Source: Rhodospirillales bacterium
GTDB taxonomy: Bacteria > Pseudomonadota > Alphaproteobacteria > Reyranellales > Reyranellaceae
Direction: 5' to 3'
DNA length: 45,251 bases
Assembly: GCA_013205335.1 (NCBI GenBank)
Contig: JABMNB010000062.1
Location: 1-45,251, forward strand
In this document: positions 35,644-43,480 of the stretch, in pieces
Layout of the letters: every line of letters begins with the position of its first letter
Numbering within the stretch: the stretch's first letter is position 1
Translations under genes and position numbers: made by a program
Notes under the pieces: model-generated
Database searches by the model: none
Seen by the model: only the letters and a program-made list of their open reading frames with translations
Told to the model about the DNA's origin: nothing

Positions 35644-36876
35644 TTAGGGGCCGCTGCTGGTGACCGCCTTCTGTCCCGCGAAGGCACCACCGGCCCGATA
35701 GTTGGGACCGTTCACCGTGAAACCGCCCGCCTGAGTGTTCGGAAACGGTCCTTGGCCCACGAACACACCGTTCATGGTCATCGTGCGGCCCGGCGTGCTG
35801 GGCGTCGTCGAAGGCATCGTGGCGTTGAAGCCGTTGTTGCCGTTGCGGGTCGTGGTGCCGGTGTAGTTGCTGTTGTTGAAGTTCGCGGTGGTGTTGCCGG
35901 CGCCCGTGTTCATCGACCAGACCTGCTGATACGTGCCCGTGCCGAAGGAGTAGCGGCCATTGTCGCGTACGAGGCCGCCCATCACGCCATTGTAGGTGAT
36001 CGTCTGCTGCGACTGGTTCGCTCTCGAGACGATTTCCGGAAGGTTGGATGGCGCTGTCTCGAACGAATTGATCAAAACATTGGTCACGACGTTGCTGGGG
36101 TTCGCGTTGCGCGGCCCCGGACCGCTCCCGAAGCGATTGCCCAAAGTATTCCCGGAGCCCTGGCCCGAATTGGCGCCCGAAAAGCCCGAGTTCTGCGCGG
36201 CCTGATCGGCCCCGCCCGACTGACTGCTGTTCCTGTTGCCTTCGAGCTGTGCCAGGAATGCCCCCAATGCACCCTGAGGCACGGCGCCGGCCTGGCCCGG
36301 CAGGCCTCCGAAGATGGTCGTCACCTGGAAGCCGGGGCGCGTGACGATCTCCAGCTTGCCGCCGGCGCCGACCGTCATGCTGATGCCGAAGACAAAGATC
36401 GACATCGTCTGCTGCTGGCCGACGTTGAAGATGCTGATGCCGCCGCGGATGCCGATGGTGCTCGACGGGGTGGTGACGGTTATGGCGTTGGTCTTGCTGA
36501 TCTTGCCGCCAACGAGGCGGAAGACGCCCTTGCTGGCGTTGATGGCAAGGTCGCCGGTCTTGGTCGCCGGATCGTAGACGAACTTGTCGATCGTGAGCTG
36601 TGCGTTCGGACCCACCGAGAGCGACGTGCCGTCGAGGAACATCAGGTGGGCGCGGTCGTTGGCCTGCGTCGTGATCAGCTCGTTGGCCTGTACGTCGATG
36701 CCCACGCGCAACACGCGTTCCGGCTCGCTCGGTGGCCTGCCGCGCGGATCACCGTCGGTCGCCGACGTGACGCCGACTTTCGCGCTGGCGAGGGTGGGCA
36801 GCAACGAAGAGCCACCGGCCGCGAGAAGGGCCGCAGTCAGCAGTGACAGGCTCGTCCGGGGAAGTGCAATTGCCAC
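35644..36876 (-). CDS. Secreted FecR-domain protein with low-complexity linker and TbpB-like C-terminal beta-barrel
   Basis: Sec signal ending ASA. FecR motifs FLDGTSLSVGPNAQLTID, GVFRLVGG and TPSSTIGIRG. N/G/S/Q-rich linker and a beta-rich C-terminus ending AGGAFAGQK. SD AGGAG. Confidence 0.75.
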   Translation of the reverse strand: MAIALPRTSLSLLTAALLAAGGSSLLPTLASAKVGVTSATDGDPRGRPPSEPERVLRVGIDVQANELITTQANDRAHLMFLDGTSLSVGPNAQLTIDKFVYDPATKTGDLAINASKGVFRLVGGKISKTNAITVTTPSSTIGIRGGISIFNVGQQQTMSIFVFGISMTVGAGGKLEIVTRPGFQVTTIFGGLPGQAGAVPQGALGAFLAQLEGNRNSSQSGGADQAAQNSGFSGANSGQGSGNTLGNRFGSGPGPRNANPSNVVTNVLINSFETAPSNLPEIVSRANQSQQTITYNGVMGGLVRDNGRYSFGTGTYQQVWSMNTGAGNTTANFNNSNYTGTTTRNGNNGFNATMPSTTPSTPGRTMTMNGVFVGQGPFPNTQAGGFTVNGPNYRAGGAFAGQKAVTSSGP

Positions 36877-36895
36877 GTTGGTCTCCTGTACAGCG

Positions 36896-38263
36896 CTAGA
36901 AGCGCCAGGTTACTCCGATGAGCGCACTGTTATTCGTGAACGCGTAGTTGGGAAGGTCCGAGGACCGCACGAACCGCCCGCCCGAGACCGTGAACATCGT
37001 CCGCTGATCGAACGGAATGGACAGAGTAAGGTTCAGAATCGTGTCGGTTTGTTGGCGCGTCACTGTCGGATCCACGACAGCGTCGGGCTGGTCATAATAC
37101 CACCACTGGACGTTTGCGAACAGGCTGATGCTCCAGGGCATCTGGCTCTTGAACAGGGGATCGGTGAAGGAGAAGGACATGCCGCCGCCGGCGCCGTAGA
37201 GCGTGTAGTTCTGCCAGGGCGTGCTGTCGGTCTGGTAGCGCTGCAGATTGCCGTTGGCATAGAGCATCAGGGCGTCGTTGACCTGATACTGGAAGGTCGT
37301 GTTGGCGGTGTATTCGACGCCGGTGAACTGGTTGTTGGTCGGGAGATACCAGCTGTTCTGGTACATCTGCCGCCGCCAGTTGACGTTCGTGGTGTTGCGC
37401 AGTCTGTCCGACAGCAGCGTGCCCACTTCGAGACCCGATCCGAAGCTGCCGTAATACGGGACGTCGTTGACCCAGATGTAACCCACGGTGCCGAACGGCT
37501 TCAGCGAGACATCCTCGAAGATCCCCTGGAACACCTGGAAGCGCGGTCCCGAAGTCAGGTCGAGGATGGAGACGTTGGCCGCCTGGATCTGGAACTGCCG
37601 GTTGAGGTAGCCCGAGAGCTGGGTTTCCAGTTGGGCCCGGTTGTTCTGGCCGAGATCGTAGGTGTGGCGGACGAAGCCTGAAGTTACGGCGCCCCAGTCG
37701 GCTGTGCCCAACGCCGTCTGGTTCAGGTTGGCCGCCTGGCCGAACAGCCGAACGCTCGACGTCGGCGGCCCGAGATTCGCGTTCGACTGATAACGCATGC
37801 CGGCGAACACTTCGCCGCTGAACCGCGACCGCGTCAGGCGCTTCTCAGACTCCACCAGGAACTGTTCGGCGCGGCTCTTCACGTCCGGCGGCAACGAGGC
37901 CGACTTCAGCGTCATCTCGAAATAGCTGCGGGCGACTTCGAAGGAGCCCAGCCTGTAGTAGAGCACGCCCAGCTCGAGGCGGACGCGCGGCAGGTCGGGA
38001 TCGACCAGCAGCATCCGTTCGAGCGCCGAGATGGCGCCCTCGAGATCGCCGGTCTTGGAAGCGATCATCGCGAACTTGAAGAGGACGTCGAGATCGGACG
38101 GCTTCCGCAGCATCTCCTGGAAGGCCGCGTCGTACTCAGCCTCGTCCGCTGCCGGAACCGCCGCCGTCTGCGCCAGAGCCGGACGCGCGTCCGCCATGAC
38201 AGCGCCAACGCTGCCGGCCAGTAGCAAAACGAAAACGATTGCACACCGTCCGAACCTACTCAC
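36896..38263 (-). CDS. TPR plus outer-membrane beta-barrel protein, Slam/DUF560 (type XI secretion)-like
   Basis: Signal peptide and two TPR-like repeats with PRVRLELG. Barrel start G..YQSNAN.GP, alternating aromatic beta strands and terminal GVTWRF. GTG 38263 follows SD GGGGGAG. Confidence 0.7.
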   Translation of the reverse strand: MSRFGRCAIVFVLLLAGSVGAVMADARPALAQTAAVPAADEAEYDAAFQEMLRKPSDLDVLFKFAMIASKTGDLEGAISALERMLLVDPDLPRVRLELGVLYYRLGSFEVARSYFEMTLKSASLPPDVKSRAEQFLVESEKRLTRSRFSGEVFAGMRYQSNANLGPPTSSVRLFGQAANLNQTALGTADWGAVTSGFVRHTYDLGQNNRAQLETQLSGYLNRQFQIQAANVSILDLTSGPRFQVFQGIFEDVSLKPFGTVGYIWVNDVPYYGSFGSGLEVGTLLSDRLRNTTNVNWRRQMYQNSWYLPTNNQFTGVEYTANTTFQYQVNDALMLYANGNLQRYQTDSTPWQNYTLYGAGGGMSFSFTDPLFKSQMPWSISLFANVQWWYYDQPDAVVDPTVTRQQTDTILNLTLSIPFDQRTMFTVSGGRFVRSSDLPNYAFTNNSALIGVTWRF

Positions 38264-38333
38264 GACGACTTTCTCCCCCGGTTCCCGTGCAGGCCGGGAA
38301 CGTCCTCGTCGCAAGAGTGAAGCAGGAGCAGTG

Positions 38334-39329
38334 CTAGATCAACCAACTCCGAACGACGAGCGCCCAGCCGATCAAGGGAGATGTACGAGCGGCGCGCATC
38401 CGCAACACCATGCGGCGGTACTGGCGATCGCCTAGGGCCGTTATGAAACGTTCATTGTTGCGCATCATTGCAGTGAGCATGAGATCAAGCATGCGAGCAT
38501 GCGTGTCGCCCCAGTTCCGGCTCGATAAATGAAGACGACCGCCGAGGACGGGGTTGTCGGCAGCGCCGTTGCGGCCGTGGAGGCGATAGGAATAGAGCGC
38601 TTCGTCGATCAGCAGGGATCCCGCCACCATCTGGGCCATGACGACGATGTAGAAATCCATGTGCAGGCGAAAGGCCTCGTCGTCTTCGGGAAAGACGAGG
38701 TCGATCAACGAGCGGCGGAACATCATCGACGAGGTGCTGACCCAGACCCAATGCACCACGCGCTTGGTGTACAGGCGATAGGGCGTTTGGCCTTGCCAGC
38801 CCGCGGTGCCGCGCGCCGCATCGAGCGTGGGCACGCGCGCCGGGTCGAGCGGCACGAAGGCCTGGTCGCGGTCGACCTGGACGCGATCCTTGCCGAACCA
38901 GTAGACGCCGCCGGCGATCAGCGCGCCCTGGCTGTCGATCAGGCGCGCGTTGCAGGCAGTGAAGCCCACCGCATAGGTCTCGTTCAGGTGCGCGGCGAGA
39001 TGGCGTTCGAGAAAGTCTGTATTCCACAGATCGTCGGAATCGAGGAAGCAGACGAAGGTTGCGCGCGTCTCGGCGAGGCCGCGGCGCGTGGCGCCGGTCT
39101 GGCCGACGTTCTTCTCCAGGCGGATCAGCCGGAAGCGGGAGTCGGCAAGCGCGTCGAGGGTGCTCTGGATGACGGCGGCGGAATCGTCGGTCGAGGCGTC
39201 ATCGACGATGACGCAGTCGAAATCGCGCAGCGTCTGGCGCGCGACCGAGCGGACGGCGTCTGCGATGTAGTCACGGCAATTGTAGCACGTGACGACGACC
39301 GAGATGCGCGGAAGCCTGGCGTCGATCAC
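38334..39329 (-). CDS. Glycosyltransferase family 2 protein
   Basis: Motifs ISVVVTCYN, SVARQT, IVDDASTD and FLDSDD (DxD). GTGA overlap with the upstream dehydratase. Confidence 0.88.
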   Translation of the reverse strand: MIDARLPRISVVVTCYNCRDYIADAVRSVARQTLRDFDCVIVDDASTDDSAAVIQSTLDALADSRFRLIRLEKNVGQTGATRRGLAETRATFVCFLDSDDLWNTDFLERHLAAHLNETYAVGFTACNARLIDSQGALIAGGVYWFGKDRVQVDRDQAFVPLDPARVPTLDAARGTAGWQGQTPYRLYTKRVVHWVWVSTSSMMFRRSLIDLVFPEDDEAFRLHMDFYIVVMAQMVAGSLLIDEALYSYRLHGRNGAADNPVLGGRLHLSSRNWGDTHARMLDLMLTAMMRNNERFITALGDRQYRRMVLRMRAARTSPLIGWALVVRSWLI

Positions 39330-41068
39330 TTCGCCGGTCCGAGGAAATCGAAATCGACGCCTTCGTCGGCCTGCAGCACGGTCTTGAAGAACAGGCCGGT
39401 ATAGCCACGATCGCTGCCGGGATGGGGCGGCGGCGCTTTCCAGGTCTTGCGACGGGCGGCCAGCGTCTTCGCATCGACGTGAAGGTCCAGCCGGCGCCTG
39501 GGCACGTCCAGCGTGATGCGGTCGCCGGTCTTCACCAGGGCGAGCGGCCCCCCGACCGCGGCCTCGGGCGCGACATGCAGCACGATGGTGCCGAACGCCG
39601 TGCCGCTCATGCGCGCATCGGAGATGCGGATCATGTCCTTCACGCCGGCGCGCGCGAGCTTCATCGGGATGGGGAAGGATCCCGCCTCGGGCATGCCGGG
39701 CGCGCCTTTGGGACCGGCATTGCGCAGCACGAGAATGTCCTCGGCGGTCACGTCGAGATTCGGATCGTCGCCGCGGGCGGCGAGATCCTCCAGGGAGTCG
39801 AACACCACGGCGCGGCCGGTGTGGGTCATCAGCGCGGGCGAGGCGGCCGAGTGCTTGATGACGGCACCGCGCGGCGCGAGATTGCCGCGCAGCACGGCCA
39901 TGCCGCCGGTCGGCTTGATCGGATTCGCGCTCGTGCGGATCACCGTCTGCCCCGGCACCATCTCGGCGTCGTCGATGACCTGCTTCAGCGTCTTGCCGGC
40001 CACCGTCTTGCACTTTTCGTCGAGCGTCTTGCGAATCTCCTTCATCAGGCGCGAGTTGCCGCCGGCCCAATGGAAATGCTCCATGTAGTGATCGCCCGAG
40101 GGCTTGAGGTCGACCAGCACCGGCACGCTGCGACCGATCTCGTCGAACTCTTCGAGTTCGATGTCGATGCCCAGCCGGCGCGCCACCGCGGTGAGATGCA
40201 CCAGCGCGTTGGTCGAGCCGCCGATCGCCTGCAATACGGTGAGCGCGTTGCGGAACGCCGCCCTGGTCATGATCTCGCTGGGTTTGGGGCCGTGATTGAC
40301 GGCCATCTCGGCCGCCAGCCTGCCGGTCTGCTCGGCAATGCGCAGACGGTCGGAATGGGTGGCCGGAATCGAGCCGCTGTTCGGCAGGCCCATGCCCAGC
40401 GCCTCGACGATGCAGCCCATCGTGCTGGCGGTGCCCATCACCATGCAGGTGCCCTTGGTCGGGGCGAGGCGCTCGCTCACCTGTTCGATGTCGGCTTCGG
40501 AAAATGTGCCGGCGCGATACTGGCCCCACAGACGGCGGCAGTCGGTACAGGCGCCCAGCACCTCGCCCTTGAAGTGGCCGACCAGCATTGGTCCCACGGG
40601 CAGCACGACGGCCGGCCGGTCGGCGCTCGCCGCGGCCATGAGCTGGGCCGGCAGTGTCTTGTCGCAACCGCCGATCAGCACGACGGAGTCCATCGGCTGG
40701 GCGCGAATCATCTCCTCGGTGTCCATCGACATCAGGTTGCGCAGGAACATGCTGGTCGGATGGGAGAAGCTCTCGTGGATCGAGATGGTCGGGAAGACCA
40801 TCGGCAGCGCGCCGGCCAGCATGACGCCGCGCTTCACCGCCTCGATCAGGTCCGGCACGTTGCCGTGGCAGGGATTGTAATCCGAGAAGGTGTTGGTGAT
40901 GCCGACGATCGGCCGGTCGAGCGCGTCATCGGAATAGCCGCCCGCCTTGATGAAGGCCTTTCGCAGGAACAGCGAGAAGCCTGCGTCGCCATAGGTGGCG
41001 AGACCCTGGCGCAATCCGGTTTCTTTCTTCGGTGCGGCCTTCGACGTGCGGCGCTTGGCGGTTGCCAT
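39326..41068 (-). CDS. IlvD/Edd-family dehydratase (probably a sugar-acid dehydratase)
   Basis: Motifs NPCH, GGCDKT, GTC.VMGTASTM, GGSTNA, GPKGAPGMPE and SDARMSGT. The substrate cannot be determined. Confidence 0.9.
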   Translation of the reverse strand: MATAKRRTSKAAPKKETGLRQGLATYGDAGFSLFLRKAFIKAGGYSDDALDRPIVGITNTFSDYNPCHGNVPDLIEAVKRGVMLAGALPMVFPTISIHESFSHPTSMFLRNLMSMDTEEMIRAQPMDSVVLIGGCDKTLPAQLMAAASADRPAVVLPVGPMLVGHFKGEVLGACTDCRRLWGQYRAGTFSEADIEQVSERLAPTKGTCMVMGTASTMGCIVEALGMGLPNSGSIPATHSDRLRIAEQTGRLAAEMAVNHGPKPSEIMTRAAFRNALTVLQAIGGSTNALVHLTAVARRLGIDIELEEFDEIGRSVPVLVDLKPSGDHYMEHFHWAGGNSRLMKEIRKTLDEKCKTVAGKTLKQVIDDAEMVPGQTVIRTSANPIKPTGGMAVLRGNLAPRGAVIKHSAASPALMTHTGRAVVFDSLEDLAARGDDPNLDVTAEDILVLRNAGPKGAPGMPEAGSFPIPMKLARAGVKDMIRISDARMSGTAFGTIVLHVAPEAAVGGPLALVKTGDRITLDVPRRRLDLHVDAKTLAARRKTWKAPPPHPGSDRGYTGLFFKTVLQADEGVDFDFLGPAK

Positions 41069-41100
41069 GTCTATTTGTCTCCCTGAATCACTGCATTTTG

Positions 41101-42222
41101 TCAGGTCGGCTCATCGCCGACCAGACCGGCTGCCCAGCGCGCGTGCGCCGTGGAGTCGCGACCCTCGGCTATGGTTCGCGCAAGTTCGAGCCCCATCAGG
41201 GCACCGAACTTGAAGCCGTGGCCGGAGCAAGGCGACATCGCCCATCCCCTGGCTCCCTGCTTCTCGACCACGAAGCGTTCGTCATCGGTGACGCTGTAGA
41301 AGCAGACCTTGAGATTGCGGATCTGCCAACGCTCGAAGCCCTTGAGCAGGCTGCGGCAGCGGTCGAGCAGGGCGGCCATCTCGCCTTCCTGGGCATCGCG
41401 GCCTCCAGCGGGATCGCCTGTGCGGCTGAATTCGTGGTCGCCGACCTTCATGCCGCGCCCCCGGACGGGCGGCACCAGATAGAGGCCGACATCGCCGGTC
41501 TTCTCGATGATCATCGGACCCTTCGCCCAGGCCGCGCGCTGATCCTCCGGCAGATCGAAATACACGACCACCTGGCGAGAGGGCACGACGCGCGTGCCGA
41601 GCGCAGGCAGGAGACGAGGCGCCCAGGCGCCGGCCGCGACGACGACGATATCGGCACCATGTACGGCACCGGCGTCGGTGACGATGCGGCCCTGTTCGAG
41701 ATCCACCGAACGTACCGGCGTGTTGCCGTGAAGTCGCACGCCGGGCTGTGAGCCCAGGTGGCGCGCGAGCGCGGCGACGATGTCCTGCGCCAGCAGCACG
41801 CCGCCCGTGTCGATCCAGAAGGCGCGCTCGAGCCCGTTCGTGTCGAGCAAGGGGAAGCGACGCGGCAACTCGGCCATCGAAAGCTCGGTCATCGGCCTGC
41901 CGATCAAGGCGAGGGCGGCGGCCGACCGCTCGGCCCAATCCGCGCCGTTGCCGCTCAGGGCCAGTGTCCCCGTCGGTTCATAGAGCGTCTGCCCGAGGTC
42001 GGCCCACAGGAGGGCCCACGCGGCATAGGCCTCGTCGATCATTCGGGCGTACCCGACATGGGCGCCGTAGGGATGGCGGATCAGCCGATGCTCGTCCATC
42101 GACGAGGCGAGCAGGTTGGGCAGAAGTCCCTGCTCGAACAGGTCGACCTCGTGACCCTGACGCGCCAACCCCCAGGCCGTCGCAAGGCCCATGATGCCGC
42201 CACCGATGATGATCGCTCTCAT
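41101..42222 (-). CDS. FAD-dependent oxidoreductase, monomeric sarcosine / N-methyltryptophan oxidase family
   Basis: Motifs IIGGGIMG, SS....RLIRH.YG, AAGAW, VCFYS (position of the covalent-FAD Cys in this family) and SGHGFKF. Confidence 0.85.
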   Translation of the reverse strand: MRAIIIGGGIMGLATAWGLARQGHEVDLFEQGLLPNLLASSMDEHRLIRHPYGAHVGYARMIDEAYAAWALLWADLGQTLYEPTGTLALSGNGADWAERSAAALALIGRPMTELSMAELPRRFPLLDTNGLERAFWIDTGGVLLAQDIVAALARHLGSQPGVRLHGNTPVRSVDLEQGRIVTDAGAVHGADIVVVAAGAWAPRLLPALGTRVVPSRQVVVYFDLPEDQRAAWAKGPMIIEKTGDVGLYLVPPVRGRGMKVGDHEFSRTGDPAGGRDAQEGEMAALLDRCRSLLKGFERWQIRNLKVCFYSVTDDERFVVEKQGARGWAMSPCSGHGFKFGALMGLELARTIAEGRDSTAHARWAAGLVGDEPT

Positions 42223-42381
42223 ATGCGCCCCCGATCGCTCATCGCGATACTCGCCCACGGTCTGCATCCGCTTCCTCTAAGGGGCATTAAGACTCCCTCT
42301 CGGAGGTGTTGCAAATCCGAGCGCCATGAGCGTTGATGGCGCAGAGAGTTACACAACCGGGAAATGGTGGAGGAAGTGACC

Positions 42382-42972
42382 ATGGCAATGACCATGCTGC
42401 AGATGGCCGGCGCGCAACCGACGCCCGCCACCATGGCGGACGGGATCCTGCTGATCATCGATGCGCAGAGGGAATACACGGACGGATTGCTGCCGCTGAC
42501 CGGTGTGCAGTCTGCGGTCGACGCGCTGGCCGTCCTGCTGGAAAAGGCACGCATGGCGGGAGCCCCCGTCGTCCATGTACGGCACCAGTCCAAGGGCAGG
42601 GCCTTCAACCCCACGTCGACCGGCTACGAGATCGTAAAGGAACTGACCCCGCGCGGCGGCGAGACGATCATCGACAAGGGGCTGCCCAATGCCTTCGCGG
42701 GAACCGATCTCGTCACGCAGCTCGGCGGGCTTGGCCGCAAGAACCTGATCGTCGGCGGCTTCATGACCCACATGTGCGTTTCCGCGACGGTGCGGGCGGC
42801 AACCGACCAGGGTTTCATGAGCACCATTGCGGCCGATACGGTGGCAACGCGCGACCTGCCCGATGCCACGGGCGGGGATACGATCGCCGCGGAGGTCATC
42901 AACCGGATCACGCTTGCGGCCCTGTCCGACCGCTTCGCCTGGATCGTGCCTTCGGCCCGCCAGATCGCCTGA
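42382..42972 (+). CDS. Cysteine hydrolase (isochorismatase family)
   Basis: Catalytic D-K-C triad in LLIIDAQ, K..PNAF and GFMTHMCV. Confidence 0.9.
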   Translation: MAMTMLQMAGAQPTPATMADGILLIIDAQREYTDGLLPLTGVQSAVDALAVLLEKARMAGAPVVHVRHQSKGRAFNPTSTGYEIVKELTPRGGETIIDKGLPNAFAGTDLVTQLGGLGRKNLIVGGFMTHMCVSATVRAATDQGFMSTIAADTVATRDLPDATGGDTIAAEVINRITLAALSDRFAWIVPSARQIA

Positions 42973-43002
42973 TACACGACCGCCGGTGAAGGGCCGGCCT
43001 GG

Positions 43003-43162
43003 CAGGCCGTTGAAAATGCCGGTCCTTGGCGAATAAACGAAATAAACGAAACAAACGAATCGAACGAATTGAGGGTCGCACCCCCTGATTCAGGTATCCT
43101 GGTACCGCTGGCGGGTCGACGTTGCTCGCCGGGACCTGCAAAAAGCCTGCTTCAACAGCCCG
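43003..43162. mobile_element. Degenerate MITE-like or IS remnant (160 bp)
   Basis: Imperfect terminal inverted repeats CAGGCCGTTGAA ... TTCAACAGCCCG (10/12 match). The flanks are CTGG and TTAG, each one change from CTAG. No transposase. Confidence 0.45.
43030..43070 (+). repeat. Imperfect 9-nt tandem repeat with core AACGAA x4
   Basis: AACGAA occurs at 43036, 43045, 43054 and 43063. The tract is strongly A-rich in a high-GC background. Confidence 0.8.
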
Positions 43163-43294
43163 TTAGAGGCCCTTGCCGCTCACGGTGCTGATGGCGGTGA
43201 TCGCCGCGACGGCGATCAGGGAGGCGATCAGCGTGTATTCGATCGCGGTGGCGGCCTTGTCGTCCGCCATCAATCGGCGAAAAAAGGACAGCAT
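43163..43294 (-). CDS. flp: Flp-family (type IVb/Tad) pilin, short and possibly truncated, 43 aa (not in ORF track)
   Basis: MLSFFRRLMADDKAATAIEYTLIASLIAVAAITAISTVSGKGL: a basic leader, the Flp motif ATAIEY and a hydrophobic helix. SD GGAG upstream. Confidence 0.85.
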   Translation of the reverse strand: MLSFFRRLMADDKAATAIEYTLIASLIAVAAITAISTVSGKGL

Positions 43295-43342
43295 CGATAT
43301 CTCCGAAGTGAAGAAATGTTGGGGGTCGATTGAGCGCCCCGC

Positions 43343-43420
43343 TTTAAAAAATCAGTTTAAAAATCAACCTTAAGTTATTGAAGTGATGAACTGATTCAAT
43401 GTGAGAATTGTATCAAGTTC
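43343..43420. promoter_or_regulatory. AT-rich divergent control region between flp and usp
   Basis: Three TTAA at a 13-nt period (43344, 43357, 43370) and the direct repeat TTTAAAAA(A)TCA. Also an imperfect palindrome GAACTGATTCAAT-N6-ATTGTATCAAGTTC. Confidence 0.5.
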
Positions 43421-43480
43421 ATCGTGGCGCGCGCTCCGGCGAGCCTCGTGTTATCGTCGCTCCAACAAGGAGGGCGGAGC

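Noticed and set aside
38334-40667. 777-aa extended glycosyltransferase
   Set aside because: The N-terminal part is an alternative frame of the dehydratase. The real start is the coupled GTG at 39329.
42970-43010. Additional selenoproteins by read-through of other TGA stops, for example the cysteine hydrolase
   Set aside because: In the cases inspected (cysteine hydrolase, 53-aa ORF, fdnG terminal stop) the read-through sequence was not protein-like and no SECIS-like stem was evident. Not every TGA was checked.
43030-43070. CRISPR array or alphaproteobacterial LexA box
   Set aside because: The units are 9 nt with no spacers and there are no cas genes. The period does not fit GTTC-N7-GTTC.
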